Numbered from the stretch's first letter, positions 46,524 through 57,167 are shown. The stretch: 64,000 nt of DNA from an uncultured Solirubrobacterales bacterium (GCA_963767255.1 CAVYDM010000006.1:796-64795); one strand, 5' to 3'. Numbers and translations are program-made. Notes: generated by a model from the sequence alone, not told the origin.

Positions 46524-47826
46524 GCGCCGGCAATGACGTATGGGGGGATCGGACCTCCGATGGACCTCCACAGCCGTTCTTCGGATCGCGCTGGACGCCC
46601 AGACCCGAGCACGTGCGCGAACTGGAGCCCACCGCCGGCCTGCCCGCCGGGTTCAGGGCCGCGGGCGTCGCCTGCGGGATCAAGCCATCCGGCAACCCCG
46701 ACCTCGGAATCGTGATCTGCGACTCGGATCGACCGGTCAGCGCCGCGCGCTTCACGGCGACCGCCACGCCCGCCGCGCCCGTGCTGCTCAGCCAGCAGCG
46801 CTGTCGCCTGGACGGGCTGCGCGCGGTCCTTGCCAACTCCGGTTGCGCCAACGCCGAGACCGGTCAGCGCGGCCTCGACGACGCGGCGAAGACCCAGGGC
46901 GCCGCCGCGATCGCGCTGGGCGTGCAGCCCGAGGAGGTGGTTCTCGGCTCGACCGGCGGCATCAGCTGGTATCTGCCGGTCGATGCGGTGCTGCGAGGGA
47001 TTCTCGACGCCAGCTCGCAGCCTGCGCCGCGAGGGCGACGCCGACTTCCAGCAGGCGATCCAGACGACCGACGCCTTCGAGAAGCGCGCTTGCTTGGAGG
47101 TGCAGCTGCCGTCCGGGCACTGTTCGCCTGACCGCGCAGTGCAAGGGCGCGGGCATGATCTCGCCGAACTTCGCCACGATGCTCTGCTTCGTGCAGACCG
47201 ACGCTTCGTTGACGCCCGCGACCGCCGACCTGCTGCTCGGGGTCACGGTCAAGCGCTCGTTCGACCGCTGCTCGGTCGACGGTCAGCTCTCCACGAACGA
47301 CACCGCCGTGCTGATGTGCTCGGGCGCGTCCGGCGTCGAGATCCAGCCGGAATCCGAGGACGAGCTGCGCTTCGGCGAGGCCCTGGACGCGCTCTTGCGG
47401 GCTTTGGGGATCATGATGGTCGCCGACGGCGAGGGCGCCCAGCGGATCGCGCGGGTCGTGGTTCGCGGAGGACATCTCGAGGGCGTTGAGGCGGTCGCGC
47501 GCGCAGTCGCCAACTCGCCGCTTGTCAAAACCGCCCTGCACGGCGCCGACCCCAACTGGGGACGCCTGATCCAGGCCACCGGCGCCGCGCTGGCCGGCAC
47601 AGACTGGTTTCCCTCACCGCTCGTGCTCGACCTGTCGATCGAGGGCACGCTCGTCTGCTCGGCCAGCACCCCGGTCGACTGCGACCAGGACGCGCTCGCC
47701 CAGGCGCTTCAGGGGCGGGAGATCGAGTACGAGATCACGCTGCCGGGCTCGGGCGCCGAGGCCGAGATGTTCTTCTCCGACCTCGGCCATGAATACATAC
47801 GTATAAATGCGGAGTACACAACGTGA
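46520..47826 (+). CDS. argJ: Bifunctional ornithine acetyltransferase (two +1 frameshifts near 47021 and 47116)
   Basis: ANSGCANA, STGGI, TTDAFEK, KGAGMISPNFATML, LSTNDT, DGEGA, SPLVKTA, INAEYTT spread over three frames. Confidence 0.9.
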
Positions 47827-47836
47827 GGAGTCGGCG

Positions 47837-48686
47837 ATGCGGGACGTAGGCACGCTGCTGGAGGCATTGCCGTACATCAGGGAGTTTCACGGCAAGACGG
47901 TCGTGATCAAGTACGGCGGCGCGGCGATGAACGATCCGGCCCTGCGCGAGGAGTTCGCGCGTGACGTCGTCCTGCTCAAGTACGTCGGCTTGAATCCGAT
48001 CGTCGTGCACGGCGGCGGCCCCGAGATCACCGCCTACATGGAGCGTCTCGGGCTGCCCGTCGAGTTCGTCGGCGGCTTGCGCGTCTCCGACGAGAGCACC
48101 GTCGAGGTGGCCAAGATGGTGCTCGTCGGCAAGGTCAACACCGAGATCGTGCTGCGCATCAACCGCCACGGCCAGCCCGCCATCGGTCTGTGCGGCGACG
48201 ACGGCTCGCTGTTTCGCGTCACCCGCCGCGCCGCCCCCGGCGGCGAGGACATCGGGTTCGTCGGGCGCATCGAGCGCGTGGACGTGGACGTGCTCAACCA
48301 CGTCGCAACCGACTACATCCCCGTGATCGCCTCCGTCGGCGCCGACCGCGACGGGCGCTCCTACAACGTCAACGCCGACGAGGCCGCCGGCGCCGTCGCG
48401 GGCGCGCTCGGCGCATACAAGATCGTCTTTCTCACCGACGTCCCCGGCTGGCTGGAGCGATCCGGCGGAGGAGGACTCGCTGATCGGGCAGGCGAGCACC
48501 GAGCAGGTGCGCGCTGCGCTGCATTCGCTGGAGGGCGGCATGCGCCCCAAGCTGCAGGCGTGCGTCGATGCGATCGGGGCCGGCGTCTCGGCGGCGCACA
48601 TCCTTGACGGTGGACTCGCGCACTCACTGCTGCTCGAGCTCTTCACCGATGCGGGCATCGGAACGAAGATCGAGGCCGCCGCGTGA
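47837..48686 (+). CDS. argB: Acetylglutamate kinase (+1 frameshift near 48454)
   Basis: EALPYI, IKYGGAAM, VHGGGP, NVNAD; C-terminus GGMRPKL...LLELFTDAGIGT in another frame. Confidence 0.92.
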
Positions 48687-49840
48687 GCCTCACGGAGTTG
48701 CAGGCGCTCGAGCGCGCCCATGTGATCCCCTCCTACGCGCGCGCGCCCGTGCAGTTCGTGCGCGGGGACGGCCCCTGGCTGTGGGACGAGGACGGCCACG
48801 AGTACCTCGACTTTTTGTGCGGCATCTCCGTCACGAACATCGGTCACTGCCACCCGCGCGTGGTCGCCGCCGTGCGCGAGCAGGTCGGGCGATTGATGCA
48901 CGTCTCCAACCTCTTCTACACCGAGCCCTCGATGCGCCTGGCCGAGCGGCTGTCGCGCTCCTCGCTCGGCGGCAAGGTCTACTTCTGCAACTCCGGCGCC
49001 GAGGCGAGCGAGGCGGCGATCAAGCTCGTGCGCAAGGCCCGCCCCCGGGGGGAAGTGGTCGTCGTGCACGGCGCCTTTCACGGGCGCACCTACGGCGCGC
49101 TCTCGGCCACGCCCCAGGAGTCAAAGCAGGCGCCCTTCGCGCCGCTCGTCCCAGGCTTTCGCGCGGTCGATCCCACGCCCGAGGCGATCGCCTCCGCCGT
49201 CGACGAGCACACGGCCGCGGTACTGCTTGAGCCGATCCAGGGCGAGTCCGGCGTGAACGTGCTCTGCGAGGAGACGCTCCAGGCCGCGCGCGCCGCCTGC
49301 GACGCACATGGGGCGGCGCTCGTGTTCGACGAGGTCCAGACCGGCATGGGTCGCACCGGCACGCTGTGGGCCTACGAGCAGACCGGCGTCACGCCCGACG
49401 CGATCACCGTGGCCAAGGCGCTCGGCGGCGGCCTGCCGATCGGCGCGCTCGTAACCGCTCCGCGGCTGGCCGACGTGCTCCAGCCCGGCGATCACGGCTC
49501 CACGTTCGCCGGCGGGCCCGTCGTCGCGGCGGCCGCGCTGGCGGCGCTGGAGGTCACTGACGATCCAGACCTGCTCGCGCGCGTGCGCGAGCTGGGCGGG
49601 CGATTGCAGGCCGGCCTCGAACGCCTACCTCATGTCGTCTCCGTGCGCGGGCGCGGACTGATGCTCGCCTGCGAGCTGGACCTGCCTGCGCCCGATGTGG
49701 CGCGCCGCGCGCTGCTGGAGCAGCGGCTGATCGTCAACGCCACAGGCCCCACGACCGTGCGCCTGCTCCCGCCTTTGATCGTCTCCGAGGCCGATGTCGA
49801 CCTCGCGCTCGAGCGTCTTGGTGCGGCACTTGCAGGCTGA
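48683..49840 (+). CDS. argD: Acetylornithine aminotransferase
   Basis: NSGAEA, FHGRT, EPIQGE, DEVQTGMGRTG, AKALGGG, HGSTF. Confidence 0.95.
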   Translation: MSLTELQALERAHVIPSYARAPVQFVRGDGPWLWDEDGHEYLDFLCGISVTNIGHCHPRVVAAVREQVGRLMHVSNLFYTEPSMRLAERLSRSSLGGKVYFCNSGAEASEAAIKLVRKARPRGEVVVVHGAFHGRTYGALSATPQESKQAPFAPLVPGFRAVDPTPEAIASAVDEHTAAVLLEPIQGESGVNVLCEETLQAARAACDAHGAALVFDEVQTGMGRTGTLWAYEQTGVTPDAITVAKALGGGLPIGALVTAPRLADVLQPGDHGSTFAGGPVVAAAALAALEVTDDPDLLARVRELGGRLQAGLERLPHVVSVRGRGLMLACELDLPAPDVARRALLEQRLIVNATGPTTVRLLPPLIVSEADVDLALERLGAALAG

Positions 49841-50001
49841 GCACGTCGAGCAAGCTCCTCACCCGATGTGTCTGCTGAGAGTCAAACAGCGGCGAGGGCG
49901 TCCGCCAGCTCATCCGGGTTGGTCTCGATCGTCTCGGGCATCGTGACGACCAACCTTGCGACCACTTGCCTGATGCCGTCCGGGGGACTAGAATAAATGC
50001 C

Positions 50002-50664
50002 ATGACGATTATCGCATCTGCGCCTGAGTTCATTATGGAGGGTCTCTCGCCCCGCGAGCGCGAGGTGGTTTCCGGGGTATATCTGGAAGGACTGACGAGC
50101 CGCGCGGTCGCCAAGCGACTCTCCATCAGCGAGGGGACGGTCCAGAAGATCCTGGTGAACGCCACGAGGAGCCTGTTCACGGACCTGGCGCGGACGGTCG
50201 GTACTCGACGGCGGCTGGAGGACCTGATCGACGTGATGCTTCCCGAGTCGGTTCCTTCGCCTGCGGAAGCATGGCACGCCCAGCAGAGTGCGCAGGCGCG
50301 CAGCGAGTTGCTGAAGGAGTTCGAGGCGCTCACAGCCGAGCAGGTGGCAGACCAGGCGGGCTCAACAGCCAGTAACCGCTCGGCGCTGGCGTCACGATGG
50401 CACGGCGAGGGACGGATCATCGGAGTGCCGTTGCGCGGCCGCACGCTGTATCCGGCGTTTCAGTTTCGCGACGGACGGCCGAGTCCGATCGTCGAGCGCG
50501 CGGGGGCGATCCTGCGCAATCGGGGCCTGAGCGGCTGGCCGCTCGCGCTGTGGTTCACCACGCCGAGCGGCTGGCTGTGGGATCGCCGCCCGGTTGACCT
50601 CCTCGACGAGGATCCCGAGCGGGTCCTCGCGGCGGCCGGCGAGACGCTGTCGCTTCCCGCTTGA
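50002..50664 (+). CDS. Xre/MbcA/ParS-like antitoxin with N-terminal sigma-region-4-like HTH (start uncertain)
   Basis: LSPREREVV...AVAKRLSISEGTVQK; YPAFQF; WFTTPSGWL..RRPVDLL. Confidence 0.75.
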   Translation: MTIIASAPEFIMEGLSPREREVVSGVYLEGLTSRAVAKRLSISEGTVQKILVNATRSLFTDLARTVGTRRRLEDLIDVMLPESVPSPAEAWHAQQSAQARSELLKEFEALTAEQVADQAGSTASNRSALASRWHGEGRIIGVPLRGRTLYPAFQFRDGRPSPIVERAGAILRNRGLSGWPLALWFTTPSGWLWDRRPVDLLDEDPERVLAAAGETLSLPA

Positions 50665-51302
50665 GCGGCCTTCCGGAGCCGCCCGCGCGAGGCCGGCTCG
50701 CGCCGGAGCTTGAGACGATGCCGGCAGGCACGCGCCTGGTGCGGGTCCACGACCGCTATCGCGGTGCGATCGACTTCAACTCGTCTCCAGAACCGATCGC
50801 TCGGTTTCGCCCGATCGGCAAGCCGGTGGTCCCGACCCTGTATGCCGGGGTGGACGAGGACGTGGCGCTCGCCGAGGGCCTGTTCCATGACGTTCCAATA
50901 CGTCCGGATGTCATCAGGCAGTACTTCCTCGCCGGTCTGAACGGCCGGGTCATCAGCGAGCTGGTGCCCACGCGGGGGCTCACCCTCATCCAGCTTCACG
51001 GATACGGGCTTCAGCGACTTGGCCTCACGCACGGCGAGCTGATCGAGACGCCGGCGGCAGAGTACGAATGGACGGCGCGATGGGCACGTGCCCTCCACGC
51101 GGCCGATCCGCGAGCGGACGGGCTGGTGTGGATGAGCCGGCGCTTCACAGGGCGCAGGGCGATCATGCTGTGGCGGGGCAAGGGAAGAGCTGGGCACAAT
51201 GACCTCATCATCACGACGCCAGCGCGTCCGCTGTGGGAAGGCGCTGGTCGTGAGCTTGTCCTTGAAGCAGCGCAGCGGGCTGGCATCCGGCTCATCGCGT
51301 AG
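50661..51302 (+). CDS. RES-domain toxin (NAD+ phosphorylase-like)
   Basis: RVH, ARF, TLYAG, ALAEGLFHD, DGLVWMSRR; 4-bp overlap with the antitoxin. Confidence 0.88.
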   Translation: MSGLPEPPARGRLAPELETMPAGTRLVRVHDRYRGAIDFNSSPEPIARFRPIGKPVVPTLYAGVDEDVALAEGLFHDVPIRPDVIRQYFLAGLNGRVISELVPTRGLTLIQLHGYGLQRLGLTHGELIETPAAEYEWTARWARALHAADPRADGLVWMSRRFTGRRAIMLWRGKGRAGHNDLIITTPARPLWEGAGRELVLEAAQRAGIRLIA

Positions 51303-51493
51303 ACATCCCGCTAAAGCGTCGGCGTCGACGTGGGCGGTGCTCAGCCCGGAGGACTGTGCGGGCACAAGCTGAATCTAGCTGTGCGTCCGGCTGGCGTACC
51401 TGCGAGATATGTACTATATTTAGGCCAGTTGGCCGTTATCTAGGTCACTACGTGACCACCGTAAGGCACCCGTCGCTCAGGATGTCATCACAG

Positions 51494-52111
51494 ATGAACG
51501 TCTCCAAGCCATTCACAGCCCTTTCCCCGAGCGTGGACCTCGACGTCCTCGCTGTGCTCGCCGGATCCAGCGCGCCACGCAGCGGCCGGGAGATCGCGCG
51601 TCGCGCCGGACGCTCGAAGACCGGTGTGCAGCACGTGCTGGATCGCCTCGTCGACCATGGCCTCGTTGATTGCCTATACAGCGGTCGCACCCGGCTCTAC
51701 ACGCTCAACCGCCACCACCTGCTCGCGGGCACCGTCGAACAGATGGCAGGCGCACGAACGGAGCTGATCCGTCGTCTGCGGGAGCAGATCGGCAGCTGGG
51801 AGACGCCCGTCATGCACGCCTCGCTGTTCGGCAGCACAGCACGCGGCGACGGAGACGCGCACAGCGACATCGACCTGCTCATCATCCGTCCCATGGACGT
51901 CAGCGCTGAGGACGAGACCTGGCGAAGGCAGATCGACGACCTGGCCGACTCCGTCAGACAGTGGACCGGCAATCATGCGGGCATCGCCGAGGTGTCCGAG
52001 GCAGACGTGCGTCGCCAGTACAGCGAAGGTCCCCCCGTTCTCGAGCAGGTCCGACGGGACGCGATCGATCTCGCCGGCGAACCCGCCAAGACGCTGCTCC
52101 GAGGCATGTGA
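51494..52111 (+). CDS. HTH + minimal nucleotidyltransferase (MNT-type antitoxin)
   Basis: SGREIARRAG HTH; LFGSTARGDGDAHSDIDLLI. Confidence 0.88.
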   Translation: MNVSKPFTALSPSVDLDVLAVLAGSSAPRSGREIARRAGRSKTGVQHVLDRLVDHGLVDCLYSGRTRLYTLNRHHLLAGTVEQMAGARTELIRRLREQIGSWETPVMHASLFGSTARGDGDAHSDIDLLIIRPMDVSAEDETWRRQIDDLADSVRQWTGNHAGIAEVSEADVRRQYSEGPPVLEQVRRDAIDLAGEPAKTLLRGM

Positions 52112-52290
52112 TGGCGCAGGCACGCAACAGGACACGCCGTTTGCGCGGCGCCCGCCTCGTCGGTTCGCGTCCCGGACCCGCAGCGGCGGGACTGTTGGGC
52201 GGGCTGCCCGGCGCCCTCGATGCGGAGGCGGGACCGATGTGCGTGCTCGATGCGCGATAGGAGGAAGGGAGCCTTGCTACCGTGCTATCT

Positions 52291-52866
52291 GTGATGCGTA
52301 GGAGGCCGCACCTTCTCATCGTCGGTGTCGTCGCGCTGACCATAGCCGGCCCGGCCGGCGCGTCATTCAGCTCTCGGGCCGTGTCCGTCCATGTGCAGCA
52401 CAAGCTGAGCGTTGCCCGTAACGTCCACGTCAGTTTCCAACCCGCCGATCGTTTACCGGCGGGCGGCTACTACTACGCGGTCATCGTCCTGAAGCCCTAC
52501 AGGCACTACACCCAAAAGACACCACCGCCGTGCGCGACCTCCAGCGACATGGAGCGAACCGACTACGGCTACCAGCACCCCGGGCGCCCGGTGAGGCTCG
52601 CGCTCACCCCGGCCAAGTCCGCCGCCGGGCACTGGTGTCGTGGCGGCGTCTACAGCGGCGGTATCTATGCGGTGCCGTACCCGCCTCCCTGCAACAGCAC
52701 GTACCCCTGTCGCAGCGAACCGTACAAAGAACCCTGCGCCGGCGTCCGGCCCGGTTGCGTGGAGGGCGTCGTCGCGAGGCCAAGTCTCTACCGCTACCCC
52801 GACGGATTGCCCGCGCCCCTCGCCCAAGGCGCCCGCATCATCGGCCACTTTCAGGTCACGTTCTAG
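52291..52866 (+). CDS. Secreted Cys/Pro/Tyr-rich hypothetical protein
   Basis: Signal peptide RRRPHLLIVGVVALTIAGPAGA. Confidence 0.7.
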   Translation: MMRRRPHLLIVGVVALTIAGPAGASFSSRAVSVHVQHKLSVARNVHVSFQPADRLPAGGYYYAVIVLKPYRHYTQKTPPPCATSSDMERTDYGYQHPGRPVRLALTPAKSAAGHWCRGGVYSGGIYAVPYPPPCNSTYPCRSEPYKEPCAGVRPGCVEGVVARPSLYRYPDGLPAPLAQGARIIGHFQVTF

Positions 52867-53214
52867 CGCGGGAAGAGCGCTTACCACGAGCGAGGCGGGA
52901 GCGACGATCACGTTCCCCGGACTCGCGAGGGGCACTGGGCGCTCATCTGGATCCAACCGTGTGCCTGCCAGTTGTGACATGGATGAGCGCCTGCAGTGGC
53001 TGACGTGTCGTCCCAGCAGCGCGACGATGACCGTCACCATTTGCTCACATTCGAGAGCTTCCACCTGTGCTAATTTGCCCATCAAGCAATCTCGGGAGCC
53101 GCAGGGGCACGTGAGTGATTGGTGTTTCCGGTCGTCAATCCATCAGCCGTTTGACGAGGCTCGCCGATAGAGCTCGGTTGAGCAGCTTTGCTCACGGCGG
53201 AGCGGTCTCCGTCG

Positions 53215-54141
53215 ATGAGCGTCGAGCTGCGGCATCTTCGCTATTTCGTCGCGCTCGCTGAGGCGAAGAGCTTTGGCCGGGCGGCTGCCGTGCTCGGGAT
53301 CGCTCAGCCCGCGCTCAGCCAGCAGATTCGCAAGCTCGAGGACGAGATGGACGTCGTGCTGTTCACGCGCGGCAACGACGGAGCGCATCTCACTGCGGCG
53401 GGCGAGGCGTTCCTGGCGGGAGCGAGGGCCAGCCTCGCCGGCGCTGCTGAGGCGGTGAAGCGACTCCGGAGGGCGGGGCGAGGCGAATGCGGCCGCCTCA
53501 ATATCGGTTTCATCGGCTCCTCAGCGGACAACTTGATCCCAGCCGCGCTTCGTCTCTTTGCGAAAGAGCGCCCCGACGTTGAGATCTCGCTCATCGAGAC
53601 GGACCTTGCCCAGCTGTTGGGATGCTTTGAGCGGGAGGAGCTTGACGTGGCTTTCGTGCGCCGGCCCGTTGACGATCCAACGCTTCTGACCGAGCTCGTG
53701 GCGGTGGATGATGTCGTGGCCGTGCTTCCGGACGACCATCCGCTCGCCGCTCAGCAGTCGATCCCGCTCGCCGCGCTCGCAGGGGACGCTTGGGTTGTCC
53801 CTCCGGCGTCCGCTTCGAGGGCATACCGGGAGATGTTCTTGGCCGACTGTTACCGCAGCGGCTTTGAGCCGACGATCAGCGCGGAGGCGGCTACACCTGA
53901 GGCCATTATCGGCCTCGTCGCTGCCGGAACCGGTGTGTCCATGCTGCCGAAGGGATCCCACTCGCTTTCCCGTGAAGGCGTCTGCACGGTGCCGGTTCAA
54001 GGCGAGGAGTCGGTGGTGGTCATGGCCTGGCGCGAGGATCGCCGGACCCCGATCGCCAGCATCTTCATGAGCCTTGCGCGCCAGATCGCACATCCCGACG
54101 GCGTTGGCCAGAGCGGAGCCGGTCGTCCTCGCAGCCACTAG
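53215..54141 (+). CDS. LysR-family regulator
   Basis: ELRHLRYFVALAEAKSFGRAA..LGIAQPALSQQIRKLE. Confidence 0.95.
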   Translation: MSVELRHLRYFVALAEAKSFGRAAAVLGIAQPALSQQIRKLEDEMDVVLFTRGNDGAHLTAAGEAFLAGARASLAGAAEAVKRLRRAGRGECGRLNIGFIGSSADNLIPAALRLFAKERPDVEISLIETDLAQLLGCFEREELDVAFVRRPVDDPTLLTELVAVDDVVAVLPDDHPLAAQQSIPLAALAGDAWVVPPASASRAYREMFLADCYRSGFEPTISAEAATPEAIIGLVAAGTGVSMLPKGSHSLSREGVCTVPVQGEESVVVMAWREDRRTPIASIFMSLARQIAHPDGVGQSGAGRPRSH

Positions 54142-54312
54142 AGATCACACGCATTCCTAGCCTTCGATGGGCTTTCGCGGAGGGGCTGCACAGCGAAAAC
54201 CGAGAGCCTTCTCGTCAGCGTAGAACTTGACTCTAAGACGGTACACTGCTGCGAGGTCATTCTTCAGTGCGCCCGGTTTATAGCCGGGAGTCTCGGCTGC
54301 CGTGCGGATAGC

Positions 54313-55745
54313 TGTAGGACGGCCGCAAGCACATCGTTTACGTCTGACCGCAAGCACATCGTTTACGTGGCTGAGCGCTGAGCCGCGAGCACATCGTTTA
54401 CATCGTGGCTGGCGTGGCACCTCGCGCGCTCTTGTTGAGCGAGCGTGGAGGTGTTCATGTCGGAGGTGGAGGTGGCGTTGCGTCGCGAGGCGGCGCGGCG
54501 GCGGTTGGCGGGTGAGTCGCCGGAGACGATCGCGGCGGATCTGGGGCGCACCAGGCAGTGGGTGGCGAAGTGGGCGGCGCGCTATGACCCGCACGACCCG
54601 TCGTGGGCGGATGGCCGCTCAGGGCACCAAGCGCGTGGCGAACCGTACGCCGGAGGATGTCGAGGCGCGGGTGCTCGCGATCCGCTCACGGCTGGCCGAG
54701 AACCCGTGGGCACAACTCGGCGCGGAGGCGATCGCGTGGGAGCTGGAGAAGCTCGGTGGGCCAGTGCCGCCAGTGCGCACGATCGAGGAGATCCTCGCGC
54801 GCGCCGGCGTTACGCAGACGGGCCGTGTGAGTCGCAGGCGGACCTCCAAGGGCCTGCCCTACCCGCGCCGGCGGCGAAGCGGCCGGGTGACGTCGTTCAG
54901 GCCGACCTCATCGGGCCGCGTCATCTGGACGGCGGGGCGCGCTTTCACGCGCTCACCCAGATCGACGTGGCCTCCCATCACGCCGGGATCGAGATCATCA
55001 CCGACCGCGGTGATCAGCGCGTGCTTCAGGCGCTCTACGCCCTCTGGGAGCGCCATGGGCTGCCGCGACGCCTGCAGCTGGATAACGGTGGCCCGTTCGT
55101 CTCACCGACCGGCCTGGGGGAGGTCGTGCGGGTCTGCCTGCACCAGCAGGTCACGCTCGTGTTCATCCCGCCACGCGAACCATGGCGCAACGGCACGATC
55201 GAGCACTTCAACAATACCTTCCAGCAGCGCTTCTTCCGCCAAGAGCGCTTCGACGGACTGCCCCACCTCATCGAGCGCACGATGGCGTTCGAGCGCTTCC
55301 ACAACAGTCAGCACCGCTACAAGGCCAGCGGCGGACGCACCCCTGAGCAGAGCATCCCGGCCAAGCCGCGCACACCCCGCCCGGCCAGCGAGATCCCCAT
55401 CGGCTGGCCCGAGCACGGCCGGATCGAGTTCATCCGGTTCATCCGTTCCGACCTGCGCCTGCGAATCCTGGGCCGCGCGATCCCGATGCCCGACGACAGC
55501 GCCTACCAGTACGTCACCGCCACGCTCGACCTCTCGCTCACCGAGGGCGAGAACCTGCACGTCAGCGACACCGACGGACAACTGCTCACCACCGGCCAGC
55601 TGAGCACCCCACGCCGCCGGTGAGGACCCCATCGGACGACGCGCCGGGGATTTCTCATTCCGCTCCGTCCTACGGACTCCGCTACATGAGAAATCCCCGC
55701 TACAAGCCTTCACCCGGTAAACGATGTGCTCGTGGTGATCCCTCA
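54313..55745 (+). mobile_element. IS481-like insertion sequence with reiterated end motifs
   Basis: 29-bp imperfect TIRs TGTAGGACGGCCGCAAGCACATCGTTTAC / TGAGGGATCACCACGAGCACATCGTTTAC; no TSD seen. Confidence 0.8.
54457..55623 (+). CDS. DDE (rve) transposase with compensating indels near 54620 and 54865
   Basis: HTH LGRTRQWVAKW; middle VANRTP...LGAEAIAWEL in another frame; QADL, LQLDNG, PWRNGTIEHFN. Confidence 0.85.
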   Translation: MSEVEVALRREAARRRLAGESPETIAADLGRTRQWVAKWAARYDPHDPSWADGRSGHQARGEPYAGGCRGAGARDPLTAGREPVGTTRRGGDRVGAGEARWASAASAHDRGDPRARRRYADGPCESQADLQGPALPAPAAKRPGDVVQADLIGPRHLDGGARFHALTQIDVASHHAGIEIITDRGDQRVLQALYALWERHGLPRRLQLDNGGPFVSPTGLGEVVRVCLHQQVTLVFIPPREPWRNGTIEHFNNTFQQRFFRQERFDGLPHLIERTMAFERFHNSQHRYKASGGRTPEQSIPAKPRTPRPASEIPIGWPEHGRIEFIRFIRSDLRLRILGRAIPMPDDSAYQYVTATLDLSLTEGENLHVSDTDGQLLTTGQLSTPRRR

Positions 55746-56068
55746 CCCTCAACGGTCAACGATGCGCTTGCGGCTGTGAGCTAGCAGCTTGTCCTCCGCG
55801 TGTGCATCCGAAACCAACTTGGCGACACGTGGCAACTTGCGGTCTGCCTTCACCATCGAAAGAAAGTTTGCACTGTCCTTCCGTTCCGTTTGGGAGCTAA
55901 GGGCTCTGCCGTCGCAATGCACGGTGTCGAACGCGGCCGCAAGGCGTGCTTCGGCACCCTTTGTTGAAGACACCCCACCACCACAGCCCGCCAGGACAGC
56001 CACGAGACAGCAGGCCAGAACGACCGCAGCAATCATCCTCGCTTGATCTCGCCCTAGCATCACTCCAC

Positions 56069-57167
56069 CTAGTGTCCTGAGTCAGTAATTCGTTCGCAAT
56101 ATGCTGCGAGTGTGTCGAGTATTTGCTCGGCGGTCTTGGTCCAGACGTAGGGGCGGGGGTTTTCGTTCCAGTGCTTCATCCAGTCGCGGATGTCTTGGTT
56201 GAGCTCCCGGACGGAGCGGTGTGTGCCGCGTCTGAGCTTGCGTGAGGTCAGCTCGCCGAACCACCGCTCGACGAGGTTCAGCCATGATGAGCCTGGTCGG
56301 GGTGAAGTGCAAATGGAAACGCGGATGGGCGGCGAGCCAGCGCTTGATGGCGGGGGTCTTGTGCGTGGAGTAGTTATCGAGGATCAGGTGAACGTCCAGG
56401 TCGGCGGGGACTTCTTGGTCGATGGTGATGAGGAATTTCTTGAACTCGATCGCGCGGTGCCGGGCGTGCAGTGACCCGATGACCTTTCCCGAGGCGACGT
56501 TCAGTGCGGCGAACAGGCTGCTCGTCCCGTGACGCTTGTAGTCGTGGGTGGCACGCTCCGGGACGCCGGGCATTACCGGCAGGATCGGCTGGGAGCGATC
56601 AAGCGCCTGGATTTGGCTCTTCTCATCCACGCATAGGACCATTGCGCGCTCGGGCGGGTCGAGGTAAAGGCCGACGATGTCACGGACCTTCTCCACGAAC
56701 AATGGGTCCTTGGAGAGCTTCCAGTGCTCCACGCGGTGAGGTTGCAATCCAAAAGCACGCCACACCCGCGAGATCGTGGACTGCGAAAGCCCCGTCCGGG
56801 CCGCCATCTGCCGCGTGGACCAGTGCGTACCACCGTCCGGCGGGGCGCTCTCCAACGTCTTGACGATCACATCCTCCACATCATCGTCAGAAACAGTCCT
56901 GGGGCGCCCAGGGCGGGGCTCATCCACCAACCCATCAAGCCTTGACGCGATGAATCGCCGGCGCCACTTACCGACCGTCGCCGCGCTCACACCAAGCCGC
57001 GCAGCGACATCCTTATTCGACGAGCCGCCAGCACACTCCAAAATGATCCGAGAGCGCGACGCCAATCCCTGCGCCGTACGCCGCCGCCGCGCCCACCGCT
57101 GCAACTGCACACGCTCACCATCCGTGAGGTCCAACACCGCCTTGGGACGACCAAAAGTAGTAGCCAT
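56069..57167 (-). CDS. IS630 transposase (+1 frameshift near 56293)
   Basis: PRPGRP, THWSTR, CVDEKSQIQALDR, LDNYSTHK; SSWLNLVERWF...ITDSGH* in the shifted frame, with the stop formed at the target site. Confidence 0.92.

Larger units (their letters stand above)
54157..56063 (-). pseudogene. Lipoprotein gene apparently split by the IS481-like element
   Basis: 5' part 55749-56063 with lipobox VLAGC; 3' part 54157-54312 (AIRTAAETPG...PIEG*) is in the same frame across the IS. Confidence 0.5.

Noticed and set aside
54323-54401. Mini-CRISPR of three 19-bp repeats
   Set aside because: Spacers are only 6 and 16 bp and the motif recurs inverted at the IS right end, so these are transposase-binding sites
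56285-56300. Programmed frameshift in IS630
   Set aside because: No slippery A-run, and it lies late in the DDE domain; a one-base insertion explains it
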